DNA of 64,000 nt from Rebecca billardiae RCC1528. Taxonomy: Eukaryota > Protista > Haptophyta. Every line of letters starts with the position of its first letter. Position 1 is the stretch's first letter. The notes below the pieces were generated by a model that saw only the letters and a program-made list of their open reading frames with translations, made no database searches and was not told the DNA's origin. Position numbers and translations under genes: made by a program. Shown here one piece after another: positions 1-14,198 of the stretch. The stretch is taken from positions 2,209,568-2,273,567 of the forward strand of contig OZ251234.1 of assembly GCA_965240325.2 (NCBI GenBank). The letters are read 5' to 3'.

Positions 1-577
1 GGGGGCGGTTGCAGGCCCTCTGTACCCCCGAGGGCACGTGAGCGCGCGCGCGTAGTCTAGATCGCGCTCCGGGACGCACGCGCGCCACCACGCGTTGTGG
101 CGCCGCGCGCCGACCTCCCGAGTCGGCCCGAGCTCGGCCGCGCGCCGTCGCGGGCGCAGGCCGGATTTTTTTCGGCCGCGACCCCGAGGCGAATTGGAGA
201 AGCCGACGCGTAGTAGTAATGATTCATCCCATGCTCAGTCAAGCCGATGAGATCATAGGGAGGTCGAGATGTCGTTGAAATTATGCTCAGTCAATGATCA
301 ATTACCTCGCCGCGATCTCGGCGTTGTTGCGGTAACCAAGTGAGTCTGGCACAAGTTAAATCTACCGAGGTTTTTAACCTTCATAGCAATCTCGCGGCTT
401 CAAATGGTAATGCATTAACGCTGCTGATGCCCCTCCAGGTGCGCATCTCCGCTGCGAACCCCGCCGAACGGCCTTCTTGTTGAACCGGATACCGTACCGG
501 CACGGCCGAGCAGGCGAGCACGCCCTTCTTCCAACGGGACGACCTGCTTCGCGTACAGTTCGCACGTGGACTTCCGC

Positions 578-1915
578 ATGTCGTCCCTGGTGGCTATCCT
601 CGGCACCGGCGAGCACCTCCGACTCGTGATCGACGAGCTGGACGAGGACGACGCCCTCTGCGTGGCGCTCTGCTGCAAGGCGACGCACGACGCCACGCTC
701 GCTCGATTCCCCGCGGGCATCTGCACGCGCACGGAGGCGGCTTGCAAATCGACGGCGCATGCAGCCTGGGCTATGGGCCTCGGCGAGGGGCACTCGCCGG
801 CGGGCGCTCGCGTCTGGGCGGCGGCGGCGCGCCTCAACCGAGTCCACATCATGCGCGTGCTCGTCAAGCTCGGCATCGACGCCGACGGCAGCGCGCTGTG
901 CGAGGCCGCACGGCACGGCTCTCTCTTCAGCGTCGAGTGGCTGCTCGTGCACCACGGGCTGATCCCGGGCCCGCGCGAGGTCGAGGCGGCGGCGGCGGGC
1001 GGTCAGCCACGTATCCTCGAGCGCTTCCTCACCCTCAGCGGCGTCCGCTGGGACTCCGACGCGTACGTCGCCGCGGCGCGCAGCGGCTGCACCGTGTGCA
1101 TCCGGCTGCTGATGGAGCACGAGACGGACGCCTTCGACCTCGACCTCGACGTGTACACCAACTACACCGACCCGTCTGTCCCGCACGAGCTGGCGGCGGA
1201 GGCAGCGCCGCCGGCGGAGCTGGGGCGGCTCGAGACTCCCACGCTCGCCCCGCGCGACCAGCCCATCCCCGCGCCGGACTCGGCCGCGCGCCTCGCCTCA
1301 CCGGCCTCGTCGCGGCCGGCGCCGCCCCAGCAGCAGGAGCCAGCCGGCCCGTTGCGGAGGTGGCTGCGGCGCGTGCTCGGCCTGGCGGCATCCTCGCCCG
1401 AGCGGCAGCGGCGAAGCACGCCGACGACGGCTTCGCCGCCGCCGCCTGGCCCCAGCCCGCTGCCGCCGCCATCGCCCTCCGCCACGCAGCCGGCGCAGGA
1501 GGACACCCCGTGGTACGAGCAGCAGGGCCGACCGCCGACGGCACCGCCGCCGCCGGTCGTGCGCAGGCGGTGGGACGAGCGCGCGTGCGAAGCGGCGGCG
1601 GCCGCGCGACAGTTGGAGGCGCTCGAGGTCCTGCTCGTCCACGGCGCGCCGTGCACGACGCGGGCGCGCCAGTATGTCACGCCCCACGCCGCCGTGCCCA
1701 TAGCCGACGGCTTGACGAGCTCGTATCATCATCACTCACATCAGCTGCAGCAGTGGGCGCCGGGCGGCTCCGATGAGGCGCGCTCGCACGCCACAGACAC
1801 GGATGATCAGATGGCAGCCGCGGTCGCGACGGTGGCGAGTGGCGATGGCGATGACTCGGCACCGGGCGACGCCGACAGCTGGATGCGGGCCGTGAGCGCT
1901 GGCGGCGGCGGATGA
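578..1915 (+). CDS. Ankyrin-repeat-like protein with a Pro-rich insert
   Basis: The ORF has its first ATG at 578. It carries degenerate ankyrin-type units: ALCEAARHGSLFSVEWLL, AAAAGGQPRILE, WDSDAYVAAARSGCTVCIRLL and WDERACEAAAAARQLEALEVLLVHGAPC. Confidence 0.7.
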   Translation: MSSLVAILGTGEHLRLVIDELDEDDALCVALCCKATHDATLARFPAGICTRTEAACKSTAHAAWAMGLGEGHSPAGARVWAAAARLNRVHIMRVLVKLGIDADGSALCEAARHGSLFSVEWLLVHHGLIPGPREVEAAAAGGQPRILERFLTLSGVRWDSDAYVAAARSGCTVCIRLLMEHETDAFDLDLDVYTNYTDPSVPHELAAEAAPPAELGRLETPTLAPRDQPIPAPDSAARLASPASSRPAPPQQQEPAGPLRRWLRRVLGLAASSPERQRRSTPTTASPPPPGPSPLPPPSPSATQPAQEDTPWYEQQGRPPTAPPPPVVRRRWDERACEAAAAARQLEALEVLLVHGAPCTTRARQYVTPHAAVPIADGLTSSYHHHSHQLQQWAPGGSDEARSHATDTDDQMAAAVATVASGDGDDSAPGDADSWMRAVSAGGGG

Positions 1916-3610
1916 CCGCGCCGCATTATCGTCACGCTACTACTTACTATCTGATGGCCTCGCGCGCGGACATGCACGGCATCAGTGCGACATATATATA
2001 TATATCGTAGTATCTAACAGTGACGCTGATGACGAGCAGTGACTGACTGAGTGACGACGACGACCCGCGCCGTAGACTCACGCGGTAGAGGGCGGGTCAG
2101 AGCCCCACTGGGGGGTGCGTGGCCCAAAATCCAACTTCCTGTCGTCTTGAGATGAGGCTCTCAAACTTCGGGATGTCAATGTTCGCCTGAAATGAGCTGG
2201 GGTCACGCTGACAAGTTTTGCGGAAAAATGCCTCACATACTGGAGATATACGACCTCAATCTCGACGCGATCTCGGCAACATTAGTGAGGGGAGATCTAT
2301 ACACGACGATCTCCAAGGTGATCTCGCTATTTGCATCAGGCCAGAATCGCACCGTCTAGATCACATTTTGGCAGTCTGAAATTGGCACGGGCGGATTCTA
2401 CACCCTGGAATTAAGCCTTAACGCCTACTAACTAGTTCGTCCAAGTAAATACTACGACCCGTGTGATAGCTAGTTCATGCTAATAAGAGATTTCGGGAGA
2501 TTGTGGCACCCGAGAGTGTAACGGTCGGAGCTCTCGGACCCCACTACCGGGGTAAATTATTACCGGCGGGCCGCGCCGCGCCGCCGGAACGCCCTGCCCC
2601 CGTTGCGGCTGCGATGATGATTTCGATCGTCGTATAGTCATCTGCTGATCAGATGATGATATATATATATATGCATCGCGTCGTCTGCATATCATCATCA
2701 GGCCGCCTGCTGCTGATTATGGCCCGCGGTGCAGGGCGGAGCGCGCAGCGTGGAGCCCGCACCAGCGGGCCCGAACCACGTTTCAAAAAGATCTTTGATC
2801 AAGAAAAAAGGGACGGGGGGCGGCGGAAAAAAGGGACGGGGGGCGATTTTTAGGGCTGGCGGAGACCGAGTTTCGAGTTTTTGAGATCGCATTGAGAGGT
2901 CTATCAGGCCAAAAAAAAGCGCGCCCAGCTGATTCCCTTAAGTAAAGTGCGATCTGGACGTCAGCTGGACGTGACATTAGTGTAACGGTTCGTTACGAGC
3001 GAATCGTACTCGTCTTCCCGGATCGCGTGACGTCCGGACTGGGCCACATCCGGATCGTCGGAGGTGACGTGCCCCGGCACCGGATCGATGGGCGATGGCG
3101 GATATGCGGGACGGCGCCTGCACGTGCCTCCGGACCCGCCTCCCGCTTGCTGCTCACGCAGTCAGCTGCGACCGTGGCGCATGATCGCAGAAGCAGTGCC
3201 GGCAGTACGGCCTGCATCAGCTAGTGCCGCGCCGTCGTGGCGCGCGCGGTACGGTTGCGCGTTTGCAGCGCTCGCCGCTCGGCGGCGACGGCACGCGCGT
3301 GCGGCTCAGGTGTGTCAAATGCGGTCTCGTCGGCGCGCTTTCGCCTGCCACCTCGTGCACCCGTGCCGCCAGTTTCATCGTCTTCATGAGGACTGCTGCT
3401 GCTGTCGCCATCCGCTCTCCATCACCCCGAGTCGCCGGTCGCGCGGCGCGCGCGGTAGGCACTAGGCAGGGCGTACGGTCACTCACCCGTGCAACGGGTC
3501 AAGTGGCCAGAGTACGTCTGGTCGTTGGCTGGCACGGGCCGCAGCGCTAAAGCACCCTGCTGTCACACCCGACTCCTTCAGTACTCCGAGCTCCGCGGCA
3601 CGACTCACTC

Positions 3611-3760
3611 GGCACGATCGCGGACGGGTCGGATCCGAGCTGATCAGCCAGAGTTGGACACAGTTTGGCAGCTACTAGTAGTAATTCCGATGCCGATGGC
3701 ACGATCGCGGACGGGTCGGATCCGAGCTGATCAGCCAGTTGGACATTTGGCAGCTAGTTG
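3611..3760 (+). repeat. Imperfect ~65-bp direct repeat, 2 copies
   Basis: GGCACGATCGCGGACGGGTCGGATCCGAGCTGATCAGCCA occurs at 3611 and 3698. Both copies continue with similar GTTGGACA..TTTGGCAGCTA. Confidence 0.85.
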
Positions 3761-4028
3761 TCAGACGGACGTCCGATTTGACGACCGGTGCCGGGTGCGG
3801 TCTCAGGTCCGCTGCTGTGATTGTGTGAAGTGTGAATGAGTCTCGCGGTCGCGCAGGCAGGGCGACGGTCGGACTAATATAGCTTCAGTCATCTCAGAAC
3901 CGACTTCAACTGGCGAACTGCCACTACGGCGGAGAGCCGCGATTGCACGGCCACCGCGGGCCCCCAACTGCGTTGATTCTATGCAGAAAAGGACCGCGGA
4001 ACGCGGTCCTTATTATATATATATATAT

Positions 4029-7008
<2,980 letters not shown>

Positions 7009-7015
7009 ATATATA

Positions 7016-8012
7016 TCCCCTTACCGCAGGTTGCTTCTATACGAAGCAAAGATGGGTTCGCCCCCGCGGGTGCGTGCTCGACGGGCAGGTGGACGCCGCG
7101 AGAGGGCGCGCGATGGCTGAGAGGCATCTTCGTGAGCATCTTCGTGGGCCACCCGAGCCTCATCGCCGCCGCCCTCCCCCTCACTCCGGTGCCACGGCGT
7201 CCAAACGGAGTGCCAAACGAGTGTTCGAGCACGCCCAGAAGCAAAGTTTTGAGGGGTGCTCAGTTCGCCTCTGAGGTGCTCGTATCGCTACGGTATGGTG
7301 CCGCACGCGGTACCGCATCAGGCGGGGTGAAGGACGTCATCCGCCGGTCGGCTCTCGGGCTGCCAGTCAGTGCCTGTGGTGCTCGGACGCTGCTCTCCGA
7401 GCTCGAGATCCATCATGCGGCTTCCTGTGTGACGTCGGCAATGAGGAGGGTGTACTTGCGCAGCGGGGCGCGCGCGTCGCGCATGCGATCGAAACCGAAA
7501 CAGACGAAGAAACCTGACCGCCCATCCCGCCGAGCTCCTGGCTGACTTGCACTCGGCAATCACGCCGCGCGCGCGGCCTGCGGCTGCTGCGTGCGGCAAG
7601 CCGCCGAGCGTGTCACGCGCGACTAGCAGGTGAGTGAGTTCAGCGCGACGAGTCAGGTGAACGCGCGCAGACCAGCGCGTGCAGTACGTACACCGCCTAC
7701 AGCCATCTCGACCGATCGCCTACCTGCCTGAAGCAGCTGCAAGGCGTGCAGCCGGGTGTCGCGGGCACACGGCCAGCCTGGCGGGCACGACACGCCCGTA
7801 CGGCAGCTCGGCGCGCTGCCGCGCGATGCCATCGTGGAGGCATTGTAGCTGGAGGGACCAGTCTGGCGGCTGTCTGAGGGTAGCTAGACCATGCCTGCAC
7901 AGTATCATGCGGCGTTCAGCGCCCAAATGCGCCCTGACTGGCCGCAAGGCGCCCTCAGCGGACGCCGTCAACTTTGCTTCCATACGAAGCAAAGTGAACT
8001 GCGGTAAGGGGA
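7016..8012 (+). mobile_element. ~1-kb non-autonomous TIR element (TCCCCTTACCGCAG family, TA TSD; Tc1/mariner-like by TSD)
   Basis: It has a 14-bp TIR, TCCCCTTACCGCAG/CTGCGGTAAGGGGA, with TA on both sides, and subterminal TTGCTTC-N5-GAAGCAA palindromes. A homologous copy lies at 55128-56126. Confidence 0.88.
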
Positions 8013-8014
8013 TA

Positions 8015-8676
8015 GCTACAGGGTGAGCGACGGCCGCAACGGTGCGGTGCGCCACCGCGCGGAACTCGTCCCGCGCGAGCGGCGCAAGCAGCTGCAGCTC
8101 CTCGACCGCGAGGTCTATGGCACGCTTGAGGGCCAGGTGGGCCCATACGAGGCGCGGCTCGACACCTTCCCCGCGATCGTCCCGATTGTCGTGGGGGCGT
8201 TCGGCGAGTGGAGCGCGGAGGTGGACCTCACCCTCAAGAAGATCGCCAAGATGGGGCGGGACACGTGGCGCGCGCGCCTCAGCGCGCCCTCGCGCCCCGC
8301 CGCCGAGCGCGCGCTGCTCGGCACCATGCGGCGCGAGCTGGGCATGCGCTGCCTGCGTGGCCAGGCCAAGATGCTCATCGCCCGCGCGCGCATGGCGCAC
8401 GTGCGCCCGGGGGCACGCGCCCGCGGGGGCACTGCGTACGACGACTGCTTCGAGACGACGGCTGACGACGCGTGGCACCGCGACCACCGCGGTGGCGCGC
8501 GCGCGTCGACGCCAGACGGTGCGTCGAGCTTCCGCTCGGCGATGGAGTGATGGGCGACTACGAGGGGGGGGGACGACGGCGAGGAGCGCTGATCCTGGTG
8601 TTTGTCTCTGCTGCTCGATCTGCCGCTACAGCTTGCTGACTCTTCGGACGCCTGCCCGTTGCATACCACGTCGTTA
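8015..8676 (+). mobile_element. 5'-truncated non-LTR retrotransposon fragment with an RLE-type C-terminus (CRE/R2-group-like)
   Basis: ORF 8023-8550 encodes PIVVGAFGEWSAEVDLTLKKIA...RRELGMRCLRGQAKML, which resembles the tail of restriction-like endonuclease domains. A short 3' region follows and ends in (AT)9. Confidence 0.7.
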
Positions 8677-8694
8677 ATATATATATATATATAT

Positions 8695-9383
8695 GTCTAG
8701 CCACTCCGCCATGCCCGGCTCGTACAAGGCGTCGGGTACGAATGGACTCTGGAGCTGGATGGTCGCGGCGCGCGGCGTCGTGGAGTAGACAGACCACAAT
8801 GATCAATCATGGAACGATCAGGTTAGCTATGTTGGGATTTGAGCAACGAACGACAGCGGGCGCTGGCAGCGGCGTGGCGGTTGAGCTGCTGCCCGAGGTC
8901 GAGAGGGCGCCCGCGAGAACGATGAAGCGTGCGGGTTGACGCGACAGCGGCGAGAGCAAGAGACCATTGCATGAGGGGCGACGCGGCGAAGACAGATGAT
9001 GACGTCGCGCCGCCGAACGATCAGGCGGGGAGCCGGGCCACACAGACAGCCAGCGACCTTACCGAGCAGAGGGGCTGCGGCGACTGCGGTGCACCTCCTG
9101 CAGCGGAGCGTGCACCCGGCAGTGCCCGATGCAGGCGATTCCCTTGCCCAGCTCGGCGCCTTCGTCGTGAGCAGCCCCATGGCGCCCCCGAGAGCGAAGC
9201 CTGATCGATCCGATGTGAGCGGTAACCAACCGAGTCCTGCAGGTGCGCCGCTGTGGGCCAGATTGGCAGCGCACCAGGACTCCTGCGCGCGGCGGTGCGC
9301 ACAGGACAACGCAGGAATGCCGTGCGAGCCGGATTCTTGGCGTCGCTCATAGACACTCAGTTATAGGTTCCCTATAACGCCAC
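8695..9383 (+). mobile_element. TIR-less GTCTAGCC...hairpin-GCCAC element, tandem unit 1
   Basis: It starts right after (AT)9 and ends GTTATAGG-TTC-CCTATAAC-GCCAC. It is near-identical to unit 2. Confidence 0.8.
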
Positions 9384-10253
9384 GTCTAGCCACTCCGCCA
9401 TGCCCGGCTCGTACAAGGCGTCGGGTACGAATGGACTCTGGAGCTGGATGGTCGCGGCGCGCGGCGTCGTGGAGTAGACAGACCACAATGATCAATCATG
9501 GAACGATCAGGTTAGCTATGTTGGGATTTGAGCAACGAACGACAGCGGGCGCTGGCAGCGGCGTGGCGGTTGAGCTGCTGCCCGAGGTCGAGAGGGCGCC
9601 CGCGAGTCCCGTTTATAAGTTGGAGCGGGCGTCCAAGTAGTCGTTGATGAATCCCGTTTAGAAATAGAAGAGACGAGGACTGCGCGGCCGCGCGCGCACG
9701 ATCGATCGCGACGCGCGGCGAGCAGACACGCGTCAGAGTGCGCCGCACCCGCGCGACGCACGGGCGCGAGGCGAGCGCGTATCTCAAACGATGAAGCGTG
9801 CGGGTTGACGCGACAGCGGCGAGAGCAAGAGACCATTGCATGAGGGGCGACGCGGCGAAGACAGATGATGACGTCGCGCCGCCGAACGATCAGGCGGGGA
9901 GCCGGGCCACACAGACAGCCAGCGACCTTACCGAGCAGAGGGGCTGCGGCGACTGCGGTGCACCTCCTGCAGCGGAGCGTGCACCCGGCAGTGCCCGATG
10001 CAGGCGATTCCCTTGCCCAGCTCGGCGCCTTCGTCGTGAGCAGCCCCATGGCGCCCCCGAGAGCGAAGCCTGATCGATCCGATGTGAGCGGTCAACCAAC
10101 CGAGTCCTGCAGGTGCGCCGCTGTGGGCCAGATTGGCAGCGCACCAGGACTCCTGCGCGCGGCGGTGCGCACAGGACAACGCAGGAATGCCGTGCGAGCC
10201 GGATTCTTGGCGTCGCTCATAGACACTCAGTTATAGGTTCCCTATAACGCCAC
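9384..10253 (+). mobile_element. TIR-less GTCTAGCC...hairpin-GCCAC element, tandem unit 2 with an extra 180 bp at 9607-9786
   Basis: It is fused head-to-tail to unit 1 (CGCCAC|GTCTAG) and is followed by ATATAT. Confidence 0.8.
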
Positions 10254-10695
10254 ATATATTATTACTCCTTCGCGCGTCAGCGCGCGCGCAGAGCAGCGGC
10301 AGACGGCGGCGGAGCCGCATCGGCGCATCAATGCGTCTGCTCACACATCGGTCCGAATGGTCCGTCGCCGAGACCGGCCACCGGGCCTGCCGGAATGGTC
10401 GTCATCGTCAGCGCGCGGCCGCTCGGCCACGCGCACTGCGCAGCTGGGCGGGACGGGTAAGCCCACCGGGCAGCAGCGCGTTCGTCGCCATGTCCTCTCC
10501 TCCCTGCGATGGCGCGTGCGCGCGGGACACGGCGTGCGCGTGGGCACGTGGGCGCGGTGCGCGGTGCGCGGTGCGCGGTGGGCGCGCTCGACCGAGCGGT
10601 GCGGGGCTAGGGGAGGGCGGGCGGCAGGGCAGGTCCGGGCTGCGCGCGGTGGCGCGCGCTCGCACGCGCACGCACCCGCCTCGCCCCCGGCCTCG

Positions 10696-11129
10696 TCACT
10701 CCTCCTCCTCCGCCTCGCTGCTGTCCGCCTCAGCGGCGGCGGCGCGGCCGCGGCCGCGGCCGGCGCGGCCGAGCCCACGGCCACGGCCACGGCCGCGGCC
10801 GCGGCCGCGGCCGGCGCCGCGCGACGCGACGAGCAGGACGTAGGCGGGGTGGCTCGCGGCGGTCTGGCGGCGCGCGCGCGTCTGCGCGAGCGAGGTGGAC
10901 GCGTCGAGCGGCGCCGGCCGCGGCGACGCGGGCGCGGAGGACAGCGGCCGCTCGGACGGTGCGGAGGGCGAGGGCGGTGTCGCAGTGGGCGCGGACGGGG
11001 CCGGCCGCTCGCCTCCGCCGTCTGACGAGCGCGCGGGCACGGCGGCGGCGGCGGCTGCGGCGGTGGCGGCGGCGGCGGCGGCGGCGGTGGCGGCGTCGGC
11101 CGCCGCGGCCGCCGCGGCGGCCGCCGGCG

Positions 11130-11160
<31 letters not shown>

Positions 11161-13969
11161 ACGCCCGCGCCCACGGCCGCGGCCGCGGCCCGTCGTGGAG
11201 ACGGAGGCGATGGAGCCCACGCCCACGCCCGCGCCCGCGGCCGGCGCGGCCGGCGCGGCGGCGGCGGCGGGCTCCGATTCGCTCGAGCCCGCGGCGGCGG
11301 CGGCGGCGGCGGCGTCGGCGGCGGCGTCGGCAGCGCTGCGCCGTCGCTTGCGCGACGGCGCCGCGGCCGCCGGCTGCGGCGCGGGCGCGGGCGGCGGCGG
11401 CGGCGCGCCCGGCGCCGCCAGCCCCCAGAGCGCCAGCATGGGCGCAGGCAGCGCCTCTGTGCGGCAGCGGCGGCAGCAGCGGCGGCAGCAGCGGGGGCGG
11501 AGGGGCGGGGCGGCAGCGGGCGCAGGGGACAGGGGGTCAGCCCGCGTACCGTGCGCCGGGCCGCTGGCGCGGGGCGAACGAGGCGGCGCGGGCTCCCCCC
11601 CAGGGATAGGGTTCGGGTTGCTCCCCCCCAGGGGCGGCAGCAGCCGCAGCAGCGCCGCACAGCCCGCGCGCGGCACGGCGCCAGACAAAGGCCAAGGCGG
11701 CCGCCGCGCTGCGCCGCGCGCCCCAGGCCCCCGGGCCGGGCGCGGGTTGGGGGTCAGGGTTCGGGTTGGCGCGCCGTGCAGGAGGCGGAGGCGCACCGAG
11801 AGGGTGGCACACGCGGCCGTGGTACAGCACCAAGTTCATGTGCTCGCGGCAGGAGGCGTGCAGGATCACTGCGACAAGGGCGCCGTACTCGCCGCCGATC
11901 GAGCCGGGGGCGGGCGCCGCGGCGGCGTCGGCGGCGTCGGGCTCGGGGGCGCACGCGGGCGGCGCGGGCGCGGACGCGCCCGCGGCGCCGACGGCCGACG
12001 GCCCCACGGCCGGCGGCGGCAGCGCGAGCGCGGGCGGCCCGCCCGCCGGCAGCGGCGGCAGCGCGGCGGCGGCCGCGGCGCCGCGGCCGCCGCCGCGGCC
12101 GCGGCCGCGGCCGCGGCCGCGGCCCGCCGACACGGCCGCGGCCGCGGCTGAGGGCCAGCCACCGCCGCGGCCGCGCGCCGCCGCCTCGTAAGCCGTGCGC
12201 GCGGCGGCGGCGGCGGCGGCCGAGGCGGCGGCGGCCGCGGCCGCCGCCATGTTGGCCGCGGCCGCCGCGTTCGCCGCCGCGGCCGTGGGCGAGGACGGCT
12301 CGATCGGCTGCGGGGGCGGGCAGGGAGGCGGGCGGGCGGGCGGGCGGGCGCGTGTCGCGCTGAGCGCGGCGCACTCTCCCCGTCCCCAGCTCAGGCGCCA
12401 GCCATCGGGCCGGGGCCCGCCGCCGGCCGCGCGAGCGCGCGTCCGAGGCGGCAGCTGCTGGCCCCGCCGCGTGCGCGCGCGCACCGCCCGGCCCGACCGG
12501 TCCGGCCGGGACGCACCGGGCCACTTTGCGCGCGCGCCCGCCCGCCCGTGCGCGCCCGCCCGTGCGCGCGCGTGCGTGCGCCCTGGCTGTGCCGTGCCGC
12601 GCCTGTGTTCGGGCGAGGTGTTCGGCTGAGGTGTTCGGGCGAGTGGCGCGCGCGCGGGGCTGGCTCACCTTGGGCATGATGCGCGTGAAGCGCTGCGAGG
12701 ACGGCATGCGCTCGTCCACAATCAGCAGGCAGAGGCGGAAGTGCGAGGCGATGGTCTCCATCGCGAAGCCGTCGGCCCAGACGCAGTTGCGCCCGCCCAC
12801 CTTGCGCCCCATCAGCCGCACCTTGTCCCGCAGCTGCTGCAGACTCTCCACGCCGGCCATGAAGCCAAAGCCCTCCGCGCGCTGCCCGTGCAGCAGCCGG
12901 TACATCGAGAACGTCTCGACCGACATGGACTCGGCGACGACGTTGCGCAGCATGTCCACGCTGCGGGGGCGGGGGGCGGGGGGGCGGCGAGGGGAGGGGC
13001 GGGTCGGGGGCGCAGCGGACGCGCCGTCCGCCCGCCCGCCCGGCGCGCGCCCATCCATCCGCACACACACCCCGCGCGCGGCGCCCGCGGGCGCCCCGCC
13101 CTCCGGTGCGCGCGCGCCGTGCGCGCTGCGGGTCCGGCGGCGCACCCGCGCGCGCGCGCGTGCACCCCAGCGGCGTGCAGTGCGCCCCGCCTGCAGCGCG
13201 TGTGCACCCCCGTGCCGTGCCCCCGCGCCTGCCCCTGCGCCCGCCCCTGTGCCCGCGGCTGGGTGGCCCACCTGATGAAGTAGTACCCAAGCTCCTTGAG
13301 CGCGAGCTGCACGGCCTCGTAGAAGCAGTCGCCCGAGGCCTCGGTGTACCGCACCGACACGCCCGGGTCGTTGCCCAGCCGCGCGCGCACCGCCGACGTG
13401 CGGCTCATCAGCATGTCCGTCGAGCCCGACGGCGGCGCGGTCGCGGACGCCGACGCGGCGGCCGCGACGATCGGCCGTGGCTCCGAGTCGTCGTCGTACT
13501 CGTCGTCGTCGTCGGGCTGGGCGGCGCGCGCGGCGGTGGAGATGGAGCGGCTCCCGCCGCCCTCGGCCGCGCCCACGCCCGAGCCCGCCTCCGCCGCCGA
13601 CACGGCGCGCGGCCTGCCCTTGGCGGCGGCGGCGCCGCCCGCCGCGCGCGGCGCGCGCGCCGACGTCGCGGCCGCGGCGGGCATCGCGGGCACGGCGGCG
13701 CGTGCGCGCGGTATGGTGGCGGCCGTGCGGAGCGCGGCGCGAGCGCCACGCAGCCTCTCGTCCGCCGCCCGCCCCTCGCCGCCCTCGCGACGCGCGGACG
13801 CTCGCGCCCGCCGGCCGCGGGGTGTGTGTGGCGCGGCGTGGGGTCGGCCGCAGCCCCAGCCACAAAGCTCACGCCCGCAAAGGGCCCTGGCCGGGTGGCG
13901 GCCAGACTTGCCCGTGTGCCGTCGTCGGGCGCCGGCTGCCGCTCGGACGACGCCGTTTCGGAACATCAT
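10696..13969 (-). CDS. OTU-like cysteine protease (putative deubiquitinase), multi-exon
   Basis: The motifs ASGDCFYEAV, CVWADGFAMETIA..FRLCLLIVD and EHMNLV match the OTU Cys, Trp and His boxes. GT-AG introns at about 13271-12961, 12668-12308 and 11796-11457 join the frames. The ATG is at 13969 and the tail is RG-rich. Confidence 0.72.
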
Positions 13970-14198
13970 CGTCGCCGCGCGATGATCGCCAATAATAGCG
14001 CGCACGGACGCCGGACCGAATGTCCGGATGACCATATATCGGCGATTGATGTGCCAGCCAATCATTGATGGTCCTTTGCCCGACCGTCCGGACCCGCGTC
14101 AGCCTCACTCAGCCTCCAATCACCGGACTCTGGGCGCCCGCCAGGGCCGGACTTTTGGGCATGGCTCAGTCCTCACCCAGCACGGCGATGGCGGCCGA

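Noticed and set aside
3611-3760. CRISPR-like repeat-spacer
   Set aside because: There are only two copies, the context is eukaryotic, and no cas genes are present.
8695-10253. Interpretation as an LTR pair or a canonical Helitron
   Set aside because: The units abut with no internal region, PBS or PPT. The junction lacks the CA|TG expected for TG...CA LTRs, and the ends are not TC...CTRR.
11600-11770. Telomere-like AGGGTTCGGGTT motifs
   Set aside because: There are only two short degenerate occurrences inside an intron, too few to call.
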